DNA from: Selaginella moellendorffii
Lineage: Eukaryota; Plantae; Lycopodiophyta
DNA length: 64,000 nt
NCBI RefSeq assembly: GCF_000143415.4
Contig: NW_003314350.1
Location: forward strand, 310,001-374,000
Reading direction: 5' to 3'
Shown piece after piece: positions 14,415 to 29,200 of the stretch (position 1 is its first letter; each line of letters opens with the position of its first letter). A program made the position numbers and the translations under genes. The notes under the pieces were generated by a model. That model had not been told where the DNA came from, searched no databases, and saw nothing but the letters and a program-made list of their open reading frames with translations.

Positions 14415-17400
14415 TGTAAGCGACTAATTTTTCCATTCTACTTTAGTCACTTAACCATATTTCCGACCACTTGGAAGAGTCTCACTCACAACCTTTATAA
14501 GTCCTATTTTGGACTTGGGCTTGCTAGCCCCGAAAATGGCATCCCCACCACTCAACCTTTGCACTTGGTCTAAATGCTCCACGTGTCCGATCCTATGACT
14601 GACACCCCAAGGTACCACCGACATATCAGCCCGTTATGCTAAGGCCATGCCCATTCACTTTGGTCACATCGGTGGTATGACACCACCTACATCACAGTCC
14701 TGTATCTCAAAGACTGGGCCATCTGTTCATGAGTGATCATCCTAGATCCACTCCTTAGCATCCTTAGGATGCCCATGGACATGGGGAATAGCCTTCCCCA
14801 ATATCCCCTTTTTGGTCCCTACCAAATCTCTTTCTGCCCATGGCCGTGTTCGCCAACATTGCCACTGGATTGAGGCCCACAGGCCCGACCATTAAGTCCC
14901 ACAGTCCTTTAGGACTTCCTCCTCACATGACCATATCCTTGGTCTCTACACTATAGGACGGCTCCTCTTCCTTTTCACAGTCTGGGACTTTGGGGCAACA
15001 TTTCAGAACACCGTGGCCTTACGTGAGCCTCATGGGTACTCTCCCTGCCTTCTGCCTTTGGGTGCTCTAGCCATGGGCTTAGAGCGAGGTTCCGTTGAGC
15101 CATGCTTGGTATCCAAGTAGGTAGTGCCACCCACACTTGGATTGGGAGCATTGGCCAGTCGATCTCCCAGGGGAACTAGAGCCGGCTCTTGAACACTTCA
15201 CTAAGCTACCCCGCTTGTCGGTTTGTGTTCACTTTAGTCTTGGACTTCCCAATGGGCAACTCATCACCCAACACTGGATACAGCCTTCCTGGGCCAAACT
15301 GGCCTTTCCTGGCCAAACTGGCTCCACTGCAGTCCTCCCCCTACTATACTTTTGGAGCTCACCAAACCCCCCAGGGTCTGGGAGACGAACGCTTTGGGCT
15401 TTCACCCTCTCAGACTTGAACTCGGACTCGAACTCGGACTCAAACTCGGACTCAGACTTGGGCTCAGGCTCGGGCTCGGTCTCAGTCTCAGTCCCGATCT
15501 CGGTCTCAGTCTCAGTCCCAGTCTTGGTCTCAGTCTCGGTCTCGATTTATCTATGGTTTGACACCAAAAGTTCACCATGCCTTATCCATCCTATAAGGGG
15601 CATAGCCTCTCCAACTTAGAGGCTCATTCGACCACTTGTGGTGGTTCTCTCCTTTTATTGGTTTAGTTCTCACTAAACCTATTAGAGACACCTTTTCTAA
15701 CTCAATCCCACTACTCATTTTCGAGTGGTCTCACTTTCCATCGATATAACCCTTGCACTTTGGAATTTCTAATTTTGACTTCTCAAAGTCAATTTCCTGG
15801 GTGTCTCCAACACCTTGCATTGCACATATTGTGCAACTCCACTTCCCCGTCCTAGGAAGTTCTTTACTTGAGGGCAATATCATCCTCTCTTTGATTTCGT
15901 GCCACCTTTGGCACTAAGTTTTAGTTATCATAATTTGTGCTAGGGCTGTCCACGGCCCTATCATTTGGTTACCCTACCGCTTCCACCCTTGGAGCTTCTA
16001 CTTTCGCCACATTGGAGCAATTGGGAATCCATCTTTGGGAACATATTGCCTTTCCCACAATGCATTAGCACCCAACACTTTAGTGTTCTTGGCCTAACTT
16101 TGCCATTTGGATTCTTTCCCATGAATCCCATAGCTCTTTACTTAGCCATTAGTCTTTTGCTCCTATCCTTGATTATTGCACCTAGCAACATAGGATTTCT
16201 ACTTTCATTTTCAAGGTATCTTTTGGGTTCCATATCAAAGACTCTCCTTTGCCAAGTCTAGAGGGTGTTCACCCCTAGTATGTCTCTTTAGCATCTTCTG
16301 CTGTGGGCTCTATCCATGGCCCAACTTTGTGACCCTCCCATGGGTCTCTTATAGAGACTACTTTTCTTGGACTCATTATGCCATCGCATTGACATATCTC
16401 ATTTCCCTTAGGTGTCCTTCTCACTTGGTCACCTTGATCAAGCCACACCATCATCAATAGTTCCAATCAACACTTTGAACTTAGAACTTTATCCCTTAAC
16501 CTCACAAGGACTTTGTCCTTGTTTTGGCCATAAGATTACCAAGTGATCTAACCTTGGCACCTTAACAGGTTCGCCAATAGATACTAGGTCTTCTAGACCT
16601 TTAAGTTGTTGACCATGACCCTGAGGGCATCCCCCACATTTGGTGGTGCACCCAAGCTAGCCCTTCCGGCTAAGGGTCCATAGCAACTGAGACTGGGTGT
16701 CCCCATCTCATTCACCACGTCCTTGGTGCCACTTGCACTAAAGTGTTCAAGTTAGATATGCTGTCGCGAATGTGACTTCGGGTATCGAAAGTTACTTGTC
16801 GACCAGTCCTTACGGACACTCTTACCTTACTGCCACGATGGTAGGAGGTCGGTATTGCTGGACCCTTTATCAGTCCTTCTTGTGCTAGTGGAGTTAACTG
16901 GGCATTTCGAGTTTACTTAGACCGGACGAGCATAAGGACGGAATTCCTACGTGTTATTAGCTAAACATACTTAGCCCGGTAAGGAGTTCCCGTCTCGTTA
17001 TGTCTTGCACTTGCTAGTGACAAGAACCCTCGCGTATTGAGACTAGTCCCTCAATATTGCTGGATGATAGCTTACCGTGTCTGCCAAACACCCTCGCTAT
17101 CATGCCCTTTGTGTTAGTCTCAATTTGGTCCCAAAAGCTATTTATGGAAAGTGTCTAGATTAGCTCATTTGGCATATCTATGAAATGTAGAGATCGGCTT
17201 GAACACAATGGTGTTTGTCCCGTGTCCAAATTCGCAATCTAAGGACATTCCATATTTAGTAAGTTTCGAGCTTGTCCCAGAGACTAACTCCTGGTACTAA
17301 GGGAGGTTTAGGGTGAAAGCCCAAAGCGTGTGTTCCTCAAGGGGGGGGGGGGGGGGGCTATGGGGGGTTCCAAATGTATAGTAGGGATAGTGGGTAGGTC

Positions 17401-20400
17401 GGGCATGGCCGACCAACCTGAGGCATAGTTTAGCTCCTGCTTGCGTGCCTGTTCTTGTTCTACGTCCGGTTTGGGTCTAAGCCCAAGTTCCATTCCATGC
17501 TAGTTGGTGGAGTACCCAGGCCACCAGTATGCCGAAATAACGCCAGACTCCATTTGGCTCCGTTCTGTGTGCTGGTCCTGGCATTGGGATGCTGGTTGCT
17601 CCAGGATTGTTCCAAGTCGCTCCGGGCTCCTGTCCCTTCGCTCCTTAGGCTTTATGCTCGGGAGTTGCTCCGTGGTTCGGTTCCGTCACTCCTTGGCTCC
17701 ATGCTTGGGAGTTTGGCACCGTTCCTTTGTTCATTGGCCCAAGGCCCTGAACCTCAGGTTCCTATGGACACGTGGCATGGACATGTGGCATCTGTCATGT
17801 GGCACAAAGAGGGTTTAGGTTCCGCTTCGTGGTGTTATCCTATGGTAAATCACCATAGGATAAAGGGTCAAAACCACGTGCGCTACATATGCCGAGCCAC
17901 AATAAACAATCTAACCGTGCATCACGACTCCGAGGCATCCCTCGCTTGGCGGTGTGCCCAAACCAGTCTCCTCACTGAGAGTCCATGACCACCAAAAAAT
18001 GAGTGTCCTCATATTCCAAACCATCACCACGCCCTAGTGATTTGGGACTCGAACCCAAGCACTAGAGGGTCGGGACTCGAACCCAACCTCCGTATATGCA
18101 TCTACGGGTGGCATCGCACAGGATGCCTGGCGTGACTCCCCACGCTAGTGCACCAACATATACTTAAAGCGCACTATAGATCACAGCTTAGGAACCTAGT
18201 TCCTCCGCACTGCCAAGTCCTCTTGCTTGACAAGTCTGTGATCATGCATGAACTCCTCCATGCTCGGCCCCATGGGCCACCCCTTTTGAAGTTAGCTCCT
18301 TCAACTAAGGGATTTGTTCCCCTGACTCGCCAATCTCGCTTAGCAAGTCATCTGGCCACTGTAACATAGTTCATGCATAAGCGTGAAAGTCCTTGACCAT
18401 TGACTTTCGTTCAAAGCCCTCTCTTTGAACACTTGGGAACTACTTTCCCAACCTTGATAGCCTCGCCTCATGGCCAGCTTCAAGATTACGCTTCTGCTGC
18501 GCCATTTTGATTTTGTGCGTTTTAGGAACCATTTACACTTGGCTTTCTAGGTACTTATCCACCTAAAATTGTCTTTGGGAACCTTCAAGGAACTCTGTTC
18601 CTTAGCTTGCTAAGGCTTTGCCTTCACAAGCTCTCTATTTACCATATGGTCTAACATGGATAATTTCACATTTTAGGCTCTCTATGGCATTGCGGTAGCT
18701 AATAACAACATCCTTGAGCACCATTTTGATTCTCCATTCCCAACTTGCATAACCACTGTTGGTTATGCCCTTCAATTTTTATGGTTCCGTTCCATCCCCA
18801 TACTACTTGCCTTTTGGCCCCATATGTTTCCTTTGGTTATTCTCCTCAAAACTAGGAGGATAGTTTTGCACATTTTACCATGCTTTAACAAGTATTCATA
18901 GGGATGAACCTATTCGATAGCTTAGGGAGTGGTTCCTCAATCTGGGCATGCTCACCTTATAATCCCACACACCGGGATTACCGTTGTTACTTATGGGTCT
19001 CCATATGCCCATCACTAGCCTTGCCAAAATCCCATTTTTGGCTTTGTCCAAATCAGGTAGACGGATTCCTCTCGTCTCCACAACCTTGGATGTTTGGATG
19101 GCATCTTCTATCCATCATTCACTAAGGATTTAGTCCCTTGGGCCTTATCTATTGCCCTCGCGACACTAAAGACCACCTCCTGGTGTTCCAGAGTGTTTGG
19201 GTGTCCCAATGATGGTCTCCTTGACAATAAGCATTTCCTTTTTCGGCATTAACTCACTATATCGCAACATAAGCAATTTATCCCCCATAAGGGTATATCT
19301 AACTTCCTTATGCTATTAAGAAGTCTTGGGTAGCTACCTTCTACCCGTTTAACTAATTATCTTGCACCTCTTGCTTAGTTGCCCTATAGTTGTCAAGTCC
19401 TACAACTCATTGCTTGGTGCTTCCACACCTCCATCATTATCTGGGTCACCACACTCCAACCACATGCCTTCCAGCTTAGGCTATGCCATTCCCTTGGCAA
19501 GGGGTTCCCATGAACCCATCAACATAACCTCAAGGTATTTCACTTTGGCACATTTGGTGTTTCCACACCAACGGCTCCACGAGCTTACCTCTATGACACT
19601 TCTTATTTGTGTCTAGGTCTTTGCCAAGACCAAAACAGTCATTTTTCATTCCAACTATCCATTAGCACTGCACCATAGTGTTTACACACAACTTTATGTC
19701 AAAGTTGCTTTCTTTTTAGGGAACACCTTTCTCACGACTTTAGCATAGCACATTCTGCCATCGATGAGATACCCTCTATTCTCATACTTGGATCCTATGA
19801 TCCCCCCCATCCTTCGTGGGGTACAATCCCCTCAGTCCAAATGCTTCCATCAATCCATTAGGATTATTCCTTGACTCTATTTGAGTTATCCAGCTTTTTG
19901 GACTTTGTTATTCGACGACCCATGAGGTCTTACCTTTGAAATGCTAGCTCACTGGAATACAACTTCTTATATTCAAGTCTTACTCACAAGGACCATCTAT
20001 GCAAGTGTTACTCCGACACTTGATTTGTTCTCTTGGGGCAACCTTTTGCCCCTTATGACCACTTGTCCATATGATGAGAATACCAACTCATCCTTTGAGT
20101 ACACCCTCAACTCTTTGGGTTGTTCTAGCATTTATTGGAGGTAGCTTCAGCTACTATTTCAAGGACTTGTGTCCTTTTCCGTATTTGACCTCCCGCGGTC
20201 ATTACTTCTGGTCTCACATTCATGAGCACCAACCTCAACTATATGAGGATAATCTTGTGACTCCTTTATTGCTTTGGAGTCTCTATCTTTCTCATGATCC
20301 TAACTATAGTTGTTTACCACAACTACATTAGCTAGTTGGCTACGTCATACACTTATCTAGATCACATCCTCAACTCTCTAAGGAAACCCTTATACTGTTC

Positions 20401-20856
20401 CCAAGATCCCAAAGTCGTTCCCTTACTTTTCCATCACATCCACCACATCGTGCACAAGTTCACGCATGAACTCGAGTGGAGAGCCATGTCCTCTCGACAT
20501 GCTACTTATCGAGGATAGGTCCATATCTAGGACTTTCCAATTCCAATACAAGTGGTGATATACTTGGCCACCAATAAGAGTCGGACTAAGGCTATCTCAG
20601 GTCCATCTCGGACTCCATCTCGGACACTTCCACGTGTCATGTGTTAGTCCTTTTGGGTCCCTTTTTGGAGCCTCGCTTATTGCTCGCTTCATGCTTGTTC
20701 TTTGAGCACTTCGTTGGGAGTTCCACTCCCGCTCTCGACCTTTCGAGTCGAAGCTTTTAGTCCAAACGTGTTACACTCGTTTGGTTTTCGCTTCTACCAT
20801 TACCACATGGCACCCTTTCGGCTCCACTTTGGGGCCTAGGGATTTTGTGTCTCACA
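14415..20856 (-). mobile_element. Family A element nested in a family A LTR, with deletions removing part of each LTR
   Basis: TGTAAGCGAC at 14415 and GTCTCACA end at 20856; internal region homologous to 3468-7568; decayed TSD CTACA/TTGCA. Confidence 0.78.
16762..17887 (+). mobile_element. Solo LTR family C
   Basis: TGTCGCG...CGCTACA termini; TATGC TSD at 16757-16761 and 17888-17892; flanks rejoin to the family A internal sequence. Confidence 0.9.
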
Positions 20857-22409
20857 TTGCATCCCAATCCCGTCTCTCAAAGACTGGGCCATCCATCCAT
20901 GAATGATCATCCTAGATCCACTCCTTAGCATCTTTAGGACACCCACAAACATGGGGAATAACGTCCCCAATATCCCTTTTTCAGTCCCCACCAAGTCCTT
21001 TTCTATCCATGGCCATATTCGCCAACATTGACACTAGGTCAAGGCCTACGGACCCGACCACCAAGTCCCACTATCCTTTGGGACTTCCTCACTATGTCTG
21101 GGTCACTACACTAGAGGATTGCTTTTCTTCCTTTCCACAATCTGGGACTTTGGGACAACATTTCAGAACACCATGGTCCTACACAAGCCTCATGGGTACT
21201 CTCTCCACCTTCTGCCTTTGGGTGCTTTAGCCATGGGCTTAGAGCGAGGTTTTGTTGAGCCACACTAAGTATTCAAGTAGGTAGTGCCACCCATGCTTGG
21301 ATTGGGAGCATTGACCATTCAACCTCTTGGGGGAGCTAGAGCCGACTCTTGAACACTTCACCAAGCTACTCCGCTTGTCTGTCTGTATTCACTCTAGCTT
21401 TGGACTTCTTAATAGATATCTCATCACTCAACATGTGGGCATAGCTTTTTTGGGTCCCCCCCCCCCCCCCCCTTTGGGGGACGATCGCTTTGGGCTTTCA
21501 CCCAACAGCCTGTATTAGTATTCGGACTCAAACTCGGATTCAGACTCGGTCTTGGTCTCAGTTTTGGACTTGGATTTAGACTCAATCTTGGTCTCAGTCT
21601 CGGTCTTAGTCTCAATCTTGGTTCTATTTCGGACTCCATCTCGGGTCCATCTCAGACACTATCTCAGGCTCCAACTCGGGTCCATCACGGACTCCATCTC
21701 GGATTCCATCTCGGACTCCATCTTGGGTCCATCTTGGGTCCATCTCAGACTCCATCTTGGACTCCATCTCGGGTCTATTTTGGACTCCATCTCAAGTCCA
21801 TCTCAGGTCCATCTCAGTCCATCTCAGGTCCATCTTGGACTCCATCTCAGTCCATCTCAGGTCCATCTTGGACTCCATCTCAGACTCCATCTCAGACTCA
21901 ATTTCGAGTCCATCTTGGACTCCATCTTAGACTCCATCTCGGACTCCATTTCAGACTCCATCTCGGGTCCATCTCAGACTCCATCTCAGACTCCATCTTA
22001 GACTCCATCTCAGGTCCATCTCGGACTCCATCTCGAGTCCATCTCAGACTCCATCTCGAGTCCATCTCGGACTGGATCTCAGACTCCATTTCGGACTCCA
22101 TCTCGGGTCCATCTCAGACTCCATCTCAAACTCCATCTTGGACTCCATCTCGAGTCCATCTCGGACTCCAGCTTGGGTCTATCTCGAATTCCATCTCGGA
22201 CTCCATCTCAGACTCCATCTCAAGTCCATTTTGAACTCCATCTCGGACTCTATTTCAAACTCCATCTTGGGTCTCTTTCGGACTCCATCTCGAACTCCAT
22301 CTTGAACTCTATCTCAGGTCCATCTTGGACTCCATCTCAAGTTCATCTTGGACTCCATCTCGAGTCTATCTTGAACTCCATCTTGGGTGCATCTCAGACT
22401 CCATCTTAA

Positions 22410-22652
22410 TGTAGCGCACATGGTTTTGACCCTTTATCCTATGGTGATTTACCATAGGATAACACCACAAAGTAGAACCTAACCCTCCATGTGCCACGTG
22501 ACAGATGCCACATGTCATATGCCACGTGTCCAAAGGAATGTGGTGTGGAACCCGAGTTTCAGGGCCTTGGGCCACTGAACGAAGGAATAGAGCCAAACTC
22601 TGTTTGGCTCCATTTTGCGAATTGCTCTTGATATTGTTATGCAGAACTCTAG
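22410..22652 (-). repeat. Family C LTR fragment running into assembly gap
   Basis: Reverse-complement match to the 3' end of 16762-17887. Confidence 0.8.
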
Positions 22653-22752
22653 NNNNNNNNNNNNNNNNNNNNNNNNNNNNNNNNNNNNNNNNNNNNNNNN
22701 NNNNNNNNNNNNNNNNNNNNNNNNNNNNNNNNNNNNNNNNNNNNNNNNNNNN
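22653..22752. other. Assembly gap (100 N)
   Basis: N run. Confidence 1.
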
Positions 22753-22836
22753 TCTTGGACTTCATCTCAACTCCATCTCGGACTCTATCTTGGACTCCAT
22801 CTTAGACTCCATCTCAGGTCCATCTCGGACTCCATT

Positions 22837-24592
22837 CTTCATGAATTAAATTTAAATTAAAATTCAATAGTTCAATTCAATTCAAGGTATTCGGAATAGT
22901 AGTACAACTGGACATCCAAGGCATTGCTATTCAGCTGCAGTGCCAAGTGGAAATTTCACTGTACTCCTCTTGTATGTTACAAAATTCAAGACAACTAATG
23001 AGGAATTCAATTTCTAATGCTGCAGCAGCAAATTCTTTGTGTAGTTTGGTCACTTGTAAAGCCATGCAATCTTAACACTCCCAGCTGCACAAACTCACTG
23101 CCACTGGGTCCAAGCATGGCTGCGTTCTAGACACCACTTACCTAACCCAATTTGCTTTTGCCAGGGAGCTCAATGAACTTGGAATATGAACCCATAATTT
23201 TTTCTCTTCCTCTTTCCTTTAGTCCTTGAAAGATTTCCTTATCTTTGTCACAGCTTCGCTCACAAACTCAAGCCACAGTTTTGGTCGATCCATTACTCCT
23301 GTTGCTATTGCATTGCTCTTCTTTTTCGGAGAGACCAGACCACCTTCCCATCCATCCTTGAGCATTTGCTTCCCTAGAGAGCTTTGGTAATGCTTGTCGT
23401 CTACTCCATCTGTAAGAGACCTCCCTCTAAAGTTTGGAGCCTGGATTCTCAATCAAGACTTGGTTGTGGTTGCTTGTCGATGTGTTCTCTATTGATCTGT
23501 TTGTGTGTCCTTGTGGATCAGCAAACTGGAGCTTGTTGTCAAGGGGCTAGAGTGTGCTCACGACCGAGACAAAGTCAAAATCATGGGTTTCTCTTTTGTT
23601 TTAGACTAAGTCTGATTAATTAGTGGGGGATTAGTAATAATCCTAGGGCTATGACCCTTTGTGAGGGGTGGAAACCCTGGTATCAATCGTGAGAGATGAA
23701 ATACAAAAGAGGGCTTGATAGAAAATAAAGAGCAAGTAGTGGTGTGATGGAGAACAATGATGGCACTGCCGAAGAGGTTAGTGCTAAGGAGGACGAACCT
23801 CTGGACAGCCACAGTGACAATTAACATCGGAGTGTAAGGAGGCTCAAGTCCCTAGGCAGCAATTGTTTCTCCATGCTTGCTCATCTTGGTGTTCGTGGAG
23901 TTCCCCTCCACACTTGTTCGCTATCCTTGCATCACCATACACCTCTTCGCAAACTCCCCTGATGAACTTAATCCCATCTCATCTAGATGCAGCAAGACAA
24001 GCCGTCTTCTCGCAAGCTTCTCAGTCTTCTGTGCTGGATTTAAAATTTGGGACAAACGCTTTCACCAGGGGGAGCGGCAAGCCTTTGAGGCAGTGATCGA
24101 ACAACCCCTTAAAGTGGCAGCCTAGAAAAAATGAAGTGAGTAGGTGCTCCCATACAATTTCTAACACTTATGTACCTCGCACTATGAAGTAATTTGTTTT
24201 TCGCAGTACTGCCATGCACGGCTCCAACTTGCCTTGTCCTTGAATGCCAAAATGAATGAACCTTTTGAAGGATGATCATCGCTTCCAGTAGGAACTGGTA
24301 CTCATAACACTGGAAGAACCGGCTCAAATGCAATCATTGTTGCCAAGGACGATAAGTCTGTGCTGTGTGCACTCACCAGATCTTCCTTGGCTGCAAACAG
24401 TTTTTCATCAGGATAAGAGAAACAAAAGAAAGAAGAATAAAAATGCTGCTCCTTCAACCTGGTAAATCTGGACGATAGGCCATTGAAAATCTGAATATAC
24501 TCACGCCTCAGAATCTATCAAGAACTTTCTGGAAGTTATGTGTGACGAAGACGAAGCTCCATCAGGAACACACCTTCAGACCTAAGCAACAA
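22837..24592 (+). repeat. Segmental duplicate, copy 1 (matches 38590-38652 joined to 41633-43310)
   Basis: Near-identical sequence and parallel ORF-track peptides (23384 vs 42115, 24109 vs 42827). Confidence 0.9.
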
Positions 24593-24647
24593 GCTATAGA
24601 TGGATGTTTACTTATTTCATTAGAGATGATAGTCAACTAATGATTGT

Positions 24648-24674
24648 AAGCTCTATTTCGTTAAAGTGGGATTT
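24648..24674 (+). repeat. Left terminal inverted repeat
   Basis: Reverse complement of 38422-38448 with 2 mismatches. Confidence 0.9.
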
Positions 24675-26278
24675 ATTCAGTAAAATGGGACTAGGTACAA
24701 ATTTTCAAGTATTTGAAAATGACGTGAAATTATATGTTTTTTGTCCAGGGGCTAGACATATCTGGGGCATGGTGACTAGCGCGGTGACTTTATGTCCAGA
24801 CTGTGTCCATTTGGTTGTATAATAAATCTCATTGTCAAGGTGAACAAGCCGAATTTGAAGCTAAAGAAGAGCGATGGCATGCGCGCACACACTATTTGTT
24901 TGTTCATTGAGCGTGTGGTGAGCTTTCCAAGATGAACGTCATTCCTATTAGCCAGACATATAACTTAATGGTGAGAACATTTAGATATTATTCAATGTTA
25001 TCTTTTTCTAACGAATCTAATTGTGAAGGTGTAGCAAGAGGCATTGCTAGTCTGGAGAAGTCATTTAACTCATTTGACCCTTAGTGTATTTTCATGAAAC
25101 TAAATAACATTCATATTATTAAGGAATTTCTCTAGTACCTTTTTTTTACGACATAGAGGCTTGCATTTCTTTCAAAGGTGATTTAGTAAAAGGCCTGAGG
25201 GCACATGCCATTCTATTTCTCAGACCGGTATTAAGATATACTAGTGCAAAGGGAAAAAGGTATTTGGTGATCAAGTAAATGGCATGAGGGCACACGCCAT
25301 TATAAGCTTAAGCGCTAGTGGACACCTCCTTTTTGGTACTCTCAGCGGTACTATCATCCTTCTCCGGGTCAGTTGTTTTGCTTTGGATTGTTGTCTCTGA
25401 CGTTACTGAGGCGTTCTCGATAGTTGTTAATGTTGCCGTTTGTTCAGAAAAATGATCACCTGGAGTATAGTACGGGGAGTTTGGAAGACTTATATATTCT
25501 ACATCTTCACCTATCTCCTTCTCCGTCTCCTTTTCTGCCTCACTTACAGATTTTGTGCTTGCCATGAGAACGCTCTTCACCCTAAAATATGGAGTTCGTT
25601 GTGTTATAAAAGGAAACCAACACACACGCTGCAAGGGAATGATGGTACATAAAGCACGTAAGCCCACAATATGGGTTTATGTGCCATTAATATGGGCCAT
25701 ACGCCATATTATTAGATTTATGCACGTGTGATTGGTAAATGCATATGTCACATCATCTTTGTTTTACCTCACACACTATATCAGGCCTAATGAACCATAT
25801 CACATGTGCGCACATGCTATATATATGAAGAAGTATTATGCAAGGATAGAAAAATTCAATGCATGATTGTGGAGAGCAATGGCATGAAGCCACATGCTAA
25901 ATAACATTTTAGAGAAAGAATTAAAATAAAAACATGCAAACAGTATTGAGTGGACCAAGACTTAGAAGTGCACAATTGAATGAGGTATTTCTAATAAATA
26001 TTTCACTCACCTCATATAGGAATGGCTACCACTCTCAAATGGCGTATCGCCTCATGCCATCACCTCACAATTTGTTATAACAATCCGATGAATTCATATT
26101 CGGCTTGTTCACCTTAAACTTTAAGTAAGATTTGCTAGAACAACTAAGAATTTATACTTGTTATTTGTATCATCTCACCTAGGAATGGCGTAAGGCCACA
26201 TGCCATCACGCCTTCTCTGATTCAGATTCAGATTGTTCACCTTGAAATAAAATACATTAGAAACTTAGTAAAGGAATA

Positions 26279-29200
26279 TTAATGAATCTCATCTTGAACC
26301 CAGGTTATGAATGCTCTTGCTACATCTCTTGCATGGTCTGGCAAGGTAATGGTGGCACTCTGCTTCCGCATCCAACCATGCACAACATTATCCACCGATA
26401 TGCTCATGCTGGGATCCCTTGGATTCAGCACCTATCTCTTTTCTAGGCAATCCTTCGTATATCCGGAACTTGGCTTGAACCACTCCACAGTTACATTGAA
26501 GGAGTTAGTTTCCGCATCCTCCTCTGCATCAGTGATGCAGCGCCCCACCCATATCATTTGTTTTTTATTACTGGGTCTGACAAGCACGACCATTCCTTTG
26601 CAAACCTGTACTGGATTGAATGCTGAATCTGGCTTCTTGTTCCTCGGCCCACAATAGTGATCCTCAACATCGTTATCTGTCACTGCATTTCCAGAGGACA
26701 TTGTTCCGCTACTATTTGGTGCTCTGGGTTCTGGCCAAAAGGACTCCTCCAATTCTTCATATACAACTGGCCCATTTTGGATAGCAGATATAATCTTCTC
26801 CCAGTATTCGAGCAAAGGCTTGCACCTCTGAAAATAAGATTCTCCACCAAACACCAACCCCCTCTTCCAGAAGGCAATATGCTGTCTAATCCCGGCCACT
26901 ATACTTTCCTGGTCTTTGAGTCCATCCAGGTGCATCGGCCGTGGGGAACCCTGAGGAATCATAGGTTCCCCAGTTATGGGATCTCTCTTGAAGAGTTCAA
27001 TGCCGTCCACTGGCAGCCACACTGTGTCCCATTCTCTCATCTTGTACCTCATCACTGGAGCACCGTCACACATGCTGAAATGAAACTGAAGAGGCTTGGA
27101 GTGGCCAATCAGCGTTTCAGATCCGTCCCTGATGTAGCCTCTTACAAACCCCTTAAAGTCTGGAACCTCTGTCAGAAGTGCAGCTTCAACAGTGCCTTTG
27201 ATGCAATTTTGGAATTCATCGTAGAGTTGTGGGAGGGTGAGGACATTGGATCGCCGGAGGGACTCTGCCAGGTGACTGAACATGGCATCGACGTCTTCAT
27301 GAGTATGCCCAACCATGAGAAAGCCAAGTGTAACCGTTTCAAATATGCCTTTGGCAACAAGCATCGCTAAGTACGCGAAGACGTACATGTTTTTGTTCTC
27401 ACTGCCAGCATTGTCTGTTTGGAGCAGAAGATGGGGTGGAAGGCCACATCGGCCGCAAGAACTTCCTTGAGATTCTGCTTCATTTGGATGAGGCTGTGCA
27501 TTCACCGGGCGACCAGCCTCGTCGGAATGGCATGAGGCCTCACGTGATAACCCTACAATATGACGGCCAACATATTCACTGGGATGGCATGGGGCCCCAC
27601 GCGATACTGCAAGCCTTTGCTCCTCCTCCAGCTGAACCCTGTATGGGGTTCGATCGACAAGGGCCTTATGCAAGGGTTGGCCGTTCAGCTCAGTCTGCGC
27701 ACTTTGTAGAGACCTTAAGTGTTTTGCTAGGGACGCAATCATCATGTTTGCACCCCCGCCACCCCATAGAGGTACAAAGAAGTTCCCATAGTTCTGGGCA
27801 CCATGCCCATGAGCGATTATGCCAAACAGAGACACAGGCAGCTGCATGGATGAAGAGATTGCCTTGGGGGCAGGATTGAGTCGAGGTAAGCACGTCTTTT
27901 TCTGGTCCATTTTGTCGTGGATGATGCAAAGGTAAGAGTCAGGTCTCTCCATGGAGAGAATCCTGTTATGATAATATGCAGTCTTGCAGCTTCTCTGCTC
28001 AATGTTGTGGTCGAGCCGCCTTCTAATCAACGTCTCTCGCTCTTGAGCGCTGCAAGAATTCTTCGACAAAGCCATTTTGATAGCAGTGCACTCGTCACAC
28101 TTTGAAAAGCTGGAGTACTTTCCTATACTCACATCCCTGAACCTGTTGCTCCACAATCTACTAAATCTAGATTGGCTCAGCTTCCTGTAGCCATTACTCT
28201 GGAGTTCCCAATTCACATCTTCCAATATGGCCCCCTTGGTATACATGGAAGGGAGAACTCGTTGGGTGTCTCGTGTTCCATCTTCCAAGAGACGGGTTTT
28301 ATGTGGTTGCTGCTCGCTACATGTCTCGACAAACCTCTTGAAGATTGCCTCTCCATATACAACATGACCCCTGGTTTTGTGCGTACCATCGTTCCCATGG
28401 ACTGCCTGTTGAACCCTTTGTTCCTCGAACTCAATTTTGATTCTGTAGAATGTGGTTCGAGGGACTCCATAAATGATTCTCCATGCCTTCATGCAGACCA
28501 AACCCCTCTGGAAGACCATGCCCCCCACCTGATGTTCTAAAGCATCAACAGATGACCGTAATGCCTCATACACAAAATTGCGAGCTGCCTTCCAGGACAA
28601 TGTCTTGTATCTTGCTCTCTCCTCTTCAATAGCATCCCAATTAGCATGTTGACAGCACCTCCTCTTGCAACAAGCAACTGTCGAGACCATTCGAACCTCC
28701 ATCGCCATTTTCTGCCTTTTTTGTTCGTTGCTCAGATCCCTTTGGCTGCGCTTTAGGAAGGTGTACTTTCTTTTCCCATGAAGAGATGTTCTGTCATCAG
28801 TTGTAGTGGTGTTTGATTGTGAATCCTTCACATTCTCAAACACTAAGTGCCTCAATTTCCACCGCACAATGCTTCCAATAGTTAGACTGTTTTCTTCTGT
28901 GTCAACAACCTCTAAAATCGCAACTCCAATATCATCCCAGCCCAATTCTTGATTAGCAACCGCATCTCTTGGATCGACAACTGTGGCTAAGCCCTCAGCT
29001 ACCACCTCCCCCTCGGGGTTGTTTAGAAACACCTTCGCCTGAATCCATGTAGCACGGTTCTTAAGATCCACGGAGGGAACATGCGTCGCACTTGCGCTGT
29101 CCCCAACATCTGCTTTCTTCTGAAGATTTTTCAAGGCAACAACAACATTTACCCCGACGACCATCTCTCCTCGTTCAATAGCGACCACATTCCCATCGAA

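Larger units (their letters stand above)
10629..22830 (-). mobile_element. Older, internally deleted family A element; 5' LTR (14137-14414 + 20857-~22830) interrupted by nested insertions and a gap
   Basis: 3' LTR 10629-12239; PBS GCTCTGATACCA at 14122-14133; the LTR resumes at 20857 where it was broken at 14414. Confidence 0.75.

Noticed and set aside
23219-24333. Short ORFs in the duplicated segment
   Set aside because: No recognisable domain, and indels and stops differ between the two copies.
26657-27879. Plus-strand ORFs of 237 and 147 aa
   Set aside because: Antisense shadows of the transposase with no recognisable motifs.
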